Source: Escherichia phage YX22. From it: 64,000 nt of DNA. Every line of letters begins with the position of its first letter. The stretch's first letter is position 1. The notes beneath the pieces are model-generated. The model searched no databases, was not told the DNA's origin, and saw nothing but the letters and a program-made list of their open reading frames with translations. A program made the position numbers and the translations under genes. The DNA lies in sequence record OR776998. One strand, written 5' to 3'. This document shows positions 17,639 to 26,500 of the stretch, piece by piece.

Positions 17639-19849
17639 TCACCGTCTCAGCCATTCTTCCATAGACATACCAGAGCGTTCATCATAAACCTGAATTCCAC
17701 CGAACCCTGAGATGTTCTCCACAGAGTGAGGATCTGGCGTCGACATCATACCCCCAAATGGTAGCATCTGAGATTCTTCCATCGCAGACAACCGTCCTCT
17801 CATGTCCACAGAGATATTTGAATTGGTGAGATCACTAAACCATTCTTGTTTCACCGCCCATGCATACAACACGAGGGGCATTACACAGTCATCATGACAA
17901 CCATCATCGGCTTCATACCTTGTTCCAGTCCATACGAATGTACTGAGTTCATCTATCGTGTCCTGGTCATCTATCACCAGCATTTCACGTTCAATCAGGG
18001 CTTTCAGGTTGGCACAGCCGTTTGTGCGCACCTTCTTGTTGGTATTGATACCAGGTTCAGGGCGGCGACCACCGATTCTCTTGCCTGTACCCTTGGTATC
18101 TGTTGTGGTGAAGATGATCTCTGGATATTCAATTTCTTGGTATAGAATTGTGATTACCTGACCACCCACGTCGTTGTTGGTCTCGACTAGCATCGGGCAC
18201 GTTCCATACTTCTCACCCATATCGGCGATTGTGTACGCATACATCATTGGAGGTATCGTGTTATTTCGATACTTGGCTGCGATCTTGTGAGGATAGTCTG
18301 TGATGTCGATAATGGTCAGCACAGAATAATCCCCTTCGACACCCTTGCCTGTATCTGCGATACCCATATAGATGCGCTTAGGATCGTAGTCGTGATAAAT
18401 CTTGGTGAACTCGTTCGGCTCCTGATACAGCTTCGAGGTCATCTTGTCCAGACACTTGGCAGGTATCAGTGATCCCACAGAACCACGGAACTTAATGCCA
18501 AATTCTTGATCGAAACGTGCATCACCCAGCTTCGCCCTTTGTTTGGATTCCCAGTCTGGATCTTTGGTGTACGTTGGAACACGATACCATGGGACCTCGG
18601 TGAGTTTGAAGTCGTTGTATTGTGGGTGTTCTGGGTTCGCCTTGGTGACGATGTCGTAGAACAACCCGCGCTGACCTTTCGGCGTACTGGTCAGAATACA
18701 ACGTGAAGTCTCTGCAGATGCAATCGCCGGGAATGTAGACTCCCAGAATTCAAAGTCGTTTTCAATGAACGCCACTTCGTCCACATACAGGAGCGATACA
18801 GATCGACCACGGATGGAGTCGGAAGATGTCGCATAGGCGTAGATCTTTGATCCGTTTTCGAACTCTATCAGCGTGGAACCGAACTTCTCACAACCCTGTT
18901 GGAGGAAGAATGGCAAATCTTGATATGCTTTGCGAATACGATCTAGGATTTCAATCGCCTGCTTCTCTTTGTTCGCCAGTACTGCGATCTCTTTGTCGGA
19001 GTGGAACATCGCATACCAGAGCAGGAACGCTGCCACGACAGTCGTGTTGTGGCTGAGGAAGCCGTTGGTGTAGTAGCGCTGATCACTAGATTTCACCTGT
19101 AGGTCATACATGTGATGCGTCTCACCAGTCTGCCAAACCTCACGGATTTCTTCTGGACCTTCTGACGTCATGATGTATGACCCAGCATTCAGGTCTTTGG
19201 CAAATATCTCCTTCATTTCCGGAGTGAAGAATATATGTTCGTCGGCCACGTTAATTCGCCGCCCAGTAACAGTCACAATAACGAATTCCGCATATTTCTT
19301 CGTCTTATGCGCTGCGATAACCGGAACCCAGCCACTATCGGATTGCACAAAGTAACGTTTGCCGAAGCGGCTGTCCACGAACTTGTCATGGTTGCCAATG
19401 GTATTCAGCGGCACAGCGTGGTTGACGTCCTCGAAGCGGCTGTGAAGCTCCCCTATGGTCAGGAGCAACTGCTCTTGGCTGAGAGTATCGTAAACTGTGA
19501 CAAGCGTGTCACCTTTTACACATTTCCCAGACTGACGAGCCTGGACGACCGCATTGAATCGATAGTCCTGGAAGTCATGGAACAACTGCTTCTGGTAATC
19601 GTGCATGTCAAAGAGGATGAAGCCTTTATCGATGGTCGTGATCTTGTAGTAGTTGGCGGCGAAGTAATGGGCGTCCATCGCACACTCGACGAACTCCGAT
19701 TCTTGTTCGTCGGTTAGCATCAACTCCACACGAGGTGCACGCACAGACGGCTTGCGCATGAACGTTTGGTCCATACGCAGTCTGACGTCTTCTGTCTTAA
19801 ACCCCGTCTTGAGCGGGGCGTATTCTACATCACGCTTCTGATACGCCAT
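17639..19849 (-). CDS. terminase large subunit (T4 gp17-like), intein-containing
   Basis: Once residues 113-271 are removed the Walker A reads QARQSGK|TTVVAAFLL, as in T4 gp17 SRQLGKTTVVAIF. Walker B is LLYVDEVAF. Confidence 0.9.
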   Translation of the reverse strand: MAYQKRDVEYAPLKTGFKTEDVRLRMDQTFMRKPSVRAPRVELMLTDEQESEFVECAMDAHYFAANYYKITTIDKGFILFDMHDYQKQLFHDFQDYRFNAVVQARQSGKCVKGDTLVTVYDTLSQEQLLLTIGELHSRFEDVNHAVPLNTIGNHDKFVDSRFGKRYFVQSDSGWVPVIAAHKTKKYAEFVIVTVTGRRINVADEHIFFTPEMKEIFAKDLNAGSYIMTSEGPEEIREVWQTGETHHMYDLQVKSSDQRYYTNGFLSHNTTVVAAFLLWYAMFHSDKEIAVLANKEKQAIEILDRIRKAYQDLPFFLQQGCEKFGSTLIEFENGSKIYAYATSSDSIRGRSVSLLYVDEVAFIENDFEFWESTFPAIASAETSRCILTSTPKGQRGLFYDIVTKANPEHPQYNDFKLTEVPWYRVPTYTKDPDWESKQRAKLGDARFDQEFGIKFRGSVGSLIPAKCLDKMTSKLYQEPNEFTKIYHDYDPKRIYMGIADTGKGVEGDYSVLTIIDITDYPHKIAAKYRNNTIPPMMYAYTIADMGEKYGTCPMLVETNNDVGGQVITILYQEIEYPEIIFTTTDTKGTGKRIGGRRPEPGINTNKKVRTNGCANLKALIEREMLVIDDQDTIDELSTFVWTGTRYEADDGCHDDCVMPLVLYAWAVKQEWFSDLTNSNISVDMRGRLSAMEESQMLPFGGMMSTPDPHSVENISGFGGIQVYDERSGMSMEEWLRR
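19046..19522 (-). mobile_element. mini-intein (159 aa, no endonuclease domain) in the terminase P-loop
   Basis: Starts with CVKGDTLV and ends with YDLQV...NGFLSHN followed by Thr. Both junction codons were checked in the DNA. Confidence 0.8.
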
Positions 19850-20537
19850 TGTCTTCACCTTCTTCCTTCGGCTGCGGCTCGGCCTGAACGTCGATTACAT
19901 CTTCTTCGGGTTCAGGTCCTTTGGACGCAGCTTTCGCTGCAGCACGTTCTTCAGCACGTTTACGGGCGTCTTCGATGGTCTTCAGTAGATCACGGGAAGA
20001 CCTGGCCTGTTTACCGACGTTGACCGTGGTTGTGCCATCAGGGGACGTGGTGACCTCGACGGTTGTTTCATCTCCAGGAGGTGGCTCTCTGTCGCCCGTG
20101 ACCGCCTTGATAGTTTTCTGGTTCTCCATCAGGTCTTTGTTCAGGCCGCGCATGAGTTCACCCAACTCTTTGAAGACTGTAAAGGCACGGGGTGCTTCAG
20201 TCGTCGTCGCAAGTTTGGCTGCCTGTCCCATCATGAACATCGTGGCTTCCTGCATGGCATAAGTCGTGTCACGGATGCGTTTGTAGTCGGTGGTGGCATC
20301 AGTGTCTTCGAAGTCTGGAACCTTAGACTCCTTGGGCTTCAGCTCTTCTGGGTCCAATGAAGGAGGAAACACCACAGGCTCATACCCCGCAGGCTTTTCA
20401 CCCAACCATTCGCCTGTATCCGGATCGTAATCTTTTCCGGCCATAGGCGAGGTCTTCTCCATGACTTCTTGAGCGACCTCATCCCGCGCTTGGATAGCAC
20501 TGAGGGTGGATAATAGGCGTTCTGACATAGCACTCAT
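19830..20537 (-). CDS. terminase small subunit (gp16 position)
   Basis: Sits just upstream of, and overlapping, the large terminase gene. ATG at 20537 with a GGAGAT SD. Called on synteny only. Confidence 0.5.
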   Translation of the reverse strand: MSAMSERLLSTLSAIQARDEVAQEVMEKTSPMAGKDYDPDTGEWLGEKPAGYEPVVFPPSLDPEELKPKESKVPDFEDTDATTDYKRIRDTTYAMQEATMFMMGQAAKLATTTEAPRAFTVFKELGELMRGLNKDLMENQKTIKAVTGDREPPPGDETTVEVTTSPDGTTTVNVGKQARSSRDLLKTIEDARKRAEERAAAKAASKGPEPEEDVIDVQAEPQPKEEGEDNGVSEA

Positions 20538-20539
20538 AA

Positions 20540-21235
20540 TCAATCTCCAGGATGATGTACACCGTCTTTGTCAACACGGAACCACTCCGGCAGTTCCGTC
20601 CACGGTGTTTTCAAATCATTAGACATTTCGATAATTATCTCTTTGATCCCGTTAGGATCCCCGCCTCCCTCGTTGTCCACCCAATAGTCATACCCGTAGA
20701 TGAAGCCGCTCAGCTGGAACATGAAGGAGCAGTCGACGTGTGGTGAATCAGAAGCATCCCCTTCCCAGTTATCGGACATCTGGTGGCTGACCAGTTGGAT
20801 CTTGATCTTCTGGTCTTGCTGTAGTGTATCGTTGTCCTTGATACCACAGTCTAGAGAGGGAGTGAATACCGAATAAACCTGCTCTAGCACCTGTAACATC
20901 TCAACTAATTTCTTGGTTCGGATATTGTACTCAAAATCGATAATCAGGGGGATTCGCTGCTTCGCCCCTGCTGTTGGTGTCGATTGTCGATTGTGGTACG
21001 TCTTCGTCACCTGTTTGTTGATCTCAAACTGACCAAAAGAGAAGGTCGCAAATGGAAGCATGTTGGACGGCACGTTCCTGTTGAGGTCATTGCGTCTCCC
21101 GATGGCCATGTGTAATGGGACTTCCATAAGACCACGCTCTGTGTTCACCTTCAGATCAGACATAATGGTGGCAAACAGATTGATGTATTTCATCAATGAA
21201 TCATGGTAGAAGTAATTTTCAAATGGTCTGGCCAT
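20540..21235 (-). CDS. tail completion/sheath stabiliser (gp15 position)
   Basis: Called on synteny with T4 genes 13-14-15-16-17. Confidence 0.45.
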   Translation of the reverse strand: MARPFENYFYHDSLMKYINLFATIMSDLKVNTERGLMEVPLHMAIGRRNDLNRNVPSNMLPFATFSFGQFEINKQVTKTYHNRQSTPTAGAKQRIPLIIDFEYNIRTKKLVEMLQVLEQVYSVFTPSLDCGIKDNDTLQQDQKIKIQLVSHQMSDNWEGDASDSPHVDCSFMFQLSGFIYGYDYWVDNEGGGDPNGIKEIIIEMSNDLKTPWTELPEWFRVDKDGVHHPGD

Positions 21236-21237
21236 GA

Positions 21238-21888
21238 TTATTCTCCAAAGTCGATCTTCATATCGTCTGTTGCAAGCCCCTTCTCAAGATCATCTGCTAA
21301 AGCATTGTCAGTCTGTAGAGAAGAATCCTTGTACACGTCCGGTTCGTTCTCTTCGTCCAAGATGGACAGACGTTTGTCGATATCGTCGATCTCCGGAACG
21401 CCCGTATCGAAGTTTTCGTTGCCGTACTGGAACAACGTGCACGGCAGAGAGAACGTATACCATTTGCCAAATTGCATGAAGTCTTCATCGTTGTTCGGGT
21501 TGTTGACCTTGAAGATCTTGTTCGCCAGTGGTAGATAGATCAGGTCACCTTCCTGAGGTTGTTGTTCAATCCCAACACCGTTGCCTATCACCTCGGCAAA
21601 TCGGCGGCGCGAGATAGAGAACGTCACTTCGTCTTGCAATTGGATACCCCCAAACTTCTCCCACATCTGGGTGTTGAAGCCCTGATAATCCTGCATGTAC
21701 GCTTCGATGTCGAACGCCTGGTCGAATCTGTGGTTAGCATCGTTGGTGATAGGAAATTTTTCAACGATGGAACGGGGTATATACTTGATGTCTATCCCGC
21801 GCAACTCAATCATTTCCTGTACCAAATCTTCAATCAGCTTCTGTGTGCCTTGGTGATTGGTGGCGTTGAAATATTTAGAAGTGGCCAT
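21238..21888 (-). CDS. neck protein (gp14 position)
   Basis: Called on synteny. A late motif lies upstream. Confidence 0.45.
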   Translation of the reverse strand: MATSKYFNATNHQGTQKLIEDLVQEMIELRGIDIKYIPRSIVEKFPITNDANHRFDQAFDIEAYMQDYQGFNTQMWEKFGGIQLQDEVTFSISRRRFAEVIGNGVGIEQQPQEGDLIYLPLANKIFKVNNPNNDEDFMQFGKWYTFSLPCTLFQYGNENFDTGVPEIDDIDKRLSILDEENEPDVYKDSSLQTDNALADDLEKGLATDDMKIDFGE

Positions 21889-21911
21889 ATCGATACCCTC
21901 AATTTTGAAGG

Positions 21912-21918
21912 TATTTAG
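21912..21918 (-). promoter_or_regulatory. late-promoter-like core CTAAATAcc
   Basis: 24 nt upstream of the 21888 ATG. Confidence 0.5.
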
Positions 21919-21947
21919 TCGAAGTTTATTCTTTTGAGGAATAGCTC

Positions 21948-22160
21948 ATGCAAGTGGAAGACATCAAAGAAGTTCGCAGCGGTCGTCGCGTCCGAATCAT
22001 CTGTGTGGACGCCAAGATTGGAGGTGGTGATTACGACATCGTCGGTCTGGTGAAAGAAGTAGATGGCACAGACTTCATTGAGTGGTGGAACTCCAAAGAT
22101 AAGACAGAAGACGGTCTGCTGCGTGGTAGTGGCGACGGAAACCTGGATTTGAAAATCTAA
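21948..22160 (+). CDS. hypothetical protein, opposite strand inside the neck module
   Basis: GAGGA SD and a terminator directly after the stop. Confidence 0.5.
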   Translation: MQVEDIKEVRSGRRVRIICVDAKIGGGDYDIVGLVKEVDGTDFIEWWNSKDKTEDGLLRGSGDGNLDLKI

Positions 22161-22163
22161 AAG

Positions 22164-22185
22164 AAGGGCGGGTAATCCCGCCTTT
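22164..22185. terminator. bidirectional terminator
   Basis: AAGGGCGGG-taat-CCCGCCTTT between convergent genes. Confidence 0.65.
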
Positions 22186-22187
22186 CC

Positions 22188-22946
22188 TTATCCCATGTAG
22201 AAGTCGATAGGGTACTGCTGACCAGTACGCAATTCTTCCTCTAAACGCTCGATCTCCGCTTCAGCCTCACTGAACATACTATCGCCATCCAGCTCGATAC
22301 CGCCAGGGAGACGGATGCCTCTTGCCTTCTTGAGCACTTCTGCCCAGCGGCGCTTGACCAACGCAGTTGCATATGCCTTCAGCCACATATCATTCCATGC
22401 TTCTTCATTACCCTCAACCTCTGGGTCGATGTTCTGGAAGCATTTGAACGCCAACACCTCGTCCTTTGTCAGGGCGAATTGTGGGTAGAGTTTGCGCTGG
22501 AATTTCTTGTAAACGAAGGTGCGCTTCACGTTCAGCACACTGGTGATGTCAGACAAACGCTGTTGCATTGAAACATAGTCGACCAAGCGGATGGAAACGA
22601 GGGCGGCCTTTGGTACCAACATGGCTTGGGCCATCTGCCATTGAGGGGTTGCCCAGTTACCGATCGATTCAATCGGAGGGCCAACGATGACTTCAACCAC
22701 GTCGTCGATGTCTTTGGGGAATTCGATGTAACCGTTGGTGATAGTTTCTTCAGTCACCTGGTGAACAAAGAATGCGTCCTGACTGCCATCACGATGATAC
22801 TCCCAAAACTTCTGTAGAGCATCGTCTACAGCATCCGAAACTTGCGTTGGGTCAAGGTTGATCTGAATTACAGGTGCCCCCAATTTCTTGAGAATGTAAT
22901 TCATAAATCCTTTACGATCAACAATAGAATTAACGGCCATTGCCAT
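22188..22946 (-). CDS. neck/head-completion protein (gp13 position)
   Basis: Called on synteny only. Confidence 0.45.
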   Translation of the reverse strand: MAMAVNSIVDRKGFMNYILKKLGAPVIQINLDPTQVSDAVDDALQKFWEYHRDGSQDAFFVHQVTEETITNGYIEFPKDIDDVVEVIVGPPIESIGNWATPQWQMAQAMLVPKAALVSIRLVDYVSMQQRLSDITSVLNVKRTFVYKKFQRKLYPQFALTKDEVLAFKCFQNIDPEVEGNEEAWNDMWLKAYATALVKRRWAEVLKKARGIRLPGGIELDGDSMFSEAEAEIERLEEELRTGQQYPIDFYMG

Positions 22947-23268
22947 TCCCCTTGTTGCTCTGGATATCAGCGACGGTGATACGTAAAGTGCGAACGTCGT
23001 CGGATAGACTGTTGCTATTGAGTTTCAACTCAGCAACGTTCTGCTTGACGTAGTTAACGTCTGTGTTTAACACAGCAATCTTCTCATTCATATCGTTCAC
23101 CTTGGTGAGGATTAGGTCGACCTTGTTGGAGTCACGCTCAACCACATCAAGGCGATTCTCAAATTTACCCATCATCCAAACAACCGAGCCAACAGAGACT
23201 ATCGTCGCCGTCAGCACCCCGGTGAGGATCGCTTTCACATCGATCATAGTGTCAGTTTGGGTTGCCAT
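22930..23268 (-). CDS. membrane-anchored coiled-coil protein
   Basis: Start at MATQTD. One TM segment (ILTGVLTATIVSVGSVVWMM) followed by heptad-like sequence. An i-spanin-like layout is possible but unproven. Confidence 0.45.
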   Translation of the reverse strand: MATQTDTMIDVKAILTGVLTATIVSVGSVVWMMGKFENRLDVVERDSNKVDLILTKVNDMNEKIAVLNTDVNYVKQNVAELKLNSNSLSDDVRTLRITVADIQSNKGNGNGR

Positions 23269-23500
23269 CTTGGCCTCCTGACGGGAGTTCAATCCCGAGG
23301 TGTTCCGCCATGAGTTGTACCATCGCTGTTAGTTGATCTATTTGCGCTGCCTGCGCTGCAATAGTTCTGTCCTTTTCTTCCTGATTTCGACGAGCGTTCA
23401 GTGCTGCCAAACCGGCAGCATTGTCTGTGCAGATGATAGCCCCAGGGCAAGAGCTACTTCTCATCATCGATGCATGCCCTTGTACTTTTACACCACGCAT
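23252..23500 (-). CDS. hypothetical protein
   Basis: 82-aa ORF with an AGAGGA SD. Confidence 0.5.
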   Translation of the reverse strand: MRGVKVQGHASMMRSSSCPGAIICTDNAAGLAALNARRNQEEKDRTIAAQAAQIDQLTAMVQLMAEHLGIELPSGGQDGNPN

Positions 23501-23519
23501 GATAATATCCTCTGTTAAT

Positions 23520-23536
23520 GGCGGGGTTGCCCCGCC
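23520..23536 (-). terminator. stem-loop after the 1612-aa gene
   Basis: GGCGGGG-ttg-CCCCGCC. Confidence 0.4.
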
Positions 23537-23549
23537 TTGTTAATACTAC

Positions 23550-26500
23550 TTATGCCAGAGCAATCAAACGGAAATCTTTGAATGACGGCGGTGCTATACG
23601 GTTGCCTCTGACCAGCAGGCGGATCTTCAGGCCAACGAAAGGATTGGTGCTGTCTACAGTCTTGTCATACTCATATTCGAAGAATGCAGAACCGTCATTG
23701 ACCAGAGGGGATGTCGGTGTCACAGTTTCCCATGCCACATTATCCATCTCCTGACCTGCGCGCAGCAGTTTAACCTGCACAGTCATTGAAGACTGAGAAG
23801 GTAGCATCGCGCCGAAGTATTGCTTCAGAGTGGTGCAAGGGTTATCGAATCCGATATCCTTGGTCACATAGCTGAACACATCTTCAAACGGATCCACACC
23901 GTAGGTGTTGAAGATGATAGTGAAATCATCACCGTCGATCATTGGAGCCGTGTAGACATTACTCTCGTTGCGAGTCATGGTTGCACGAACCTGGAAGTCG
24001 CCCACCTGACGATAGATACCTTCCGTCGGCAGAGACACGTCCGTATCGGATTCGAACTCAACCCAATCAGAGAATGAGTTGGAGGTCGCATCGCGATAGC
24101 GGTATTCCAGTTTCAACACAGATCCTTCCAGGGCTGAATTGGTGACGCTTGCGTAGAACATGTCTACCAAGTAGTTGCCTAGGAAAGAAGCCGCTTCACC
24201 ACCAATCTGACCGTCGGAGTCGGCGTTGGAACTCAGAACGAATTTGAACGTCGTGAACGTCGCATCAGTCACAGTGTGTTGAGCGTTCAGTTGCTCAGGA
24301 GTGAAACCGCAACCACCCGTCAGACCAGACAGAGTAACACTTTCGCCCGCAGTCAGGCCATGCCCCGGAGCGTACACAGTAACAGTTGAAGAACCATTGA
24401 CACATTTCACGGTGTTCAGACCCAGAGGGCGGATCTTCGGACCGACTTTAGCATCGAAGGTCACGATGTTTGAACCAGCGGAGAAGTTACAGCGATACAC
24501 ACGGAACTTCATATCGGCAGTCTGGTTTGGAGTCCAGGTCGTACCATTTGAAGATGTGAAGAACACGCCAGTGTACGGCTGTTTGGCAATGAACTCGTTG
24601 GTCAGCAAGTTCTTCTTGCCCATCTCTGCGATGTATGCGTTGTAGTCCTGAGTGTTGGCCAAGAGAACAATCGCGAACTCAGTCTGCGCCTGCAGATACA
24701 CAGGATAATCAAACTTGAACATCGTCGGCACAGAAGAGTCTGTGGAGACGGAAACTTCTGATGGATTCAAAGTCTTACGAGTGACGACAGTCGTCGCTGG
24801 CAGACCATTGCTCATCTCACGGATTTCCAAAGTGATTGGAATATCGCGAGACTTGGTAGAGAAGAACACTTCGATGCCTTCGATGTATTCGCCGCCGATA
24901 TTGGTGGCAACCATAAAGGACTGGGCGATAGGATCTTTCCACTTCGCGACTTCAACCGTCTCTGTTTTGTTTTCCGTAGACTTGGTCGCAGTGTATCCCA
25001 GGACGCGGGTGTTGACATAAGTCTTCTGGATGCCCTGTTTCTTACCGAAGGACTTATGAACAGCCTCAGCATTGGTCAGGGTATCATCAGCAGACTTGCT
25101 GTCCACAGGACTGTCAGTCAGACGGAAGACATTGTCACCCGTGTTAAACTTGATAGTCTCGTTCTGAGGAACCGCAAACACGCCTTTGATGTTGCCGTTG
25201 GCGTCAGTATTCAACGCACCACCCAGAGCGCCACCGTTTGGGGTACAGTACGCGCTCACATCACGCCCAGAGAAGAACGGATACACACGAGTGAACGGAC
25301 GCAGGCCTGTGGCTTCGAAGTTGATGTTCGTTTTGCGCATGTATGGGATTACCTGCGTTTCAACGATCTGCTCGCCAGTCAGGGTAGTGGTCGTCTTGTC
25401 GGTGTACGTGTACGTGGTGACGTCACGGGTAGACACAGTCGTGCGGTAGCGATAGCCCCACCATACACCACCTGCACCATGCGGTTCCCACACACGCTCA
25501 GACACGGACACAGTACGCCATGTGCCATACACAGAACCTTCTTTGATCGCACCACGGGTGTTGATCGTTTCGTTGATCACACGTGGAGTAACATAGTAGT
25601 TCTCAAACCAGTAATCAGTAGTTGGGTTCAGTTTCAGGAATCCTTCCCAGTTGAACACCGCATACGGGTTCACGTTGATGGTCGTGGTTGCATAGTCCTG
25701 GCGGACAGAGATCTCACGGGTGTAGTTGCATACAACCATGCCATCCTGAACGTTGTTCCAACCGACTGGCGTCAGGTCAATCGCGTTCTGCTGAACAAAC
25801 GGACGCAGACGACCATTATCAGTGTCGATTGAACCCACCCAGTCTGCAGACAAATCGTCGATCAGGCGGAAGTCTTTGAACGGGTCTGCTGCGATACCGT
25901 TCTTGAAGCGCGGGTTGCCAGTAATTGGATCGAACACCTGTTGTGACATCGCCGAGGATTCCAGCTGAGACAGTGAGGTGTAATATTCGACATTGGAGAT
26001 ACGGGTCTCCAGTTTACCGATATCGCGCATCGTGTAGCGGCGGTTGTCGATAGTACGAATCTGGATGTCGTCAATGTTGGCCGTGTAAGGCGGGATCATC
26101 AATTCATACAGGCGCATGCCGTTGTCTGGGATCGCAGGGGAAGCCAGGTTGTTGGAACTCACACCACGAGCAACGTTGAACACACCGTTGTCTGCCAGAT
26201 ACACAGCATCAATACGAGGCAGATAGTACTCTGCATCTAGGATGATCGCGGTGTTCGGGCGAACCATGTCCGTGTCAGACGCTCCGCTGGTGATCTTGGG
26301 ACGGAAGTCCAGACTGTCGGCCAACCCATACACAGTACCAGAACTGGATGAAACATAGTTCGGGATGTCTGGATAGTTGATGGACGAATAGGAGTCCGCT
26401 GTGAAGAAATCACCAGAGCTGTGAGCGAAATACTGATACACCACCGTGAACGTCCCTGAAATGGCTCCAGTGGACGATATGAGGTTAGAAAGGTAGTATG

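Noticed and set aside
21872-21878. CTAAATA on the minus strand
   Set aside because: It lies inside codons 3-6 of the 21238..21888 gene, so it is not a promoter.
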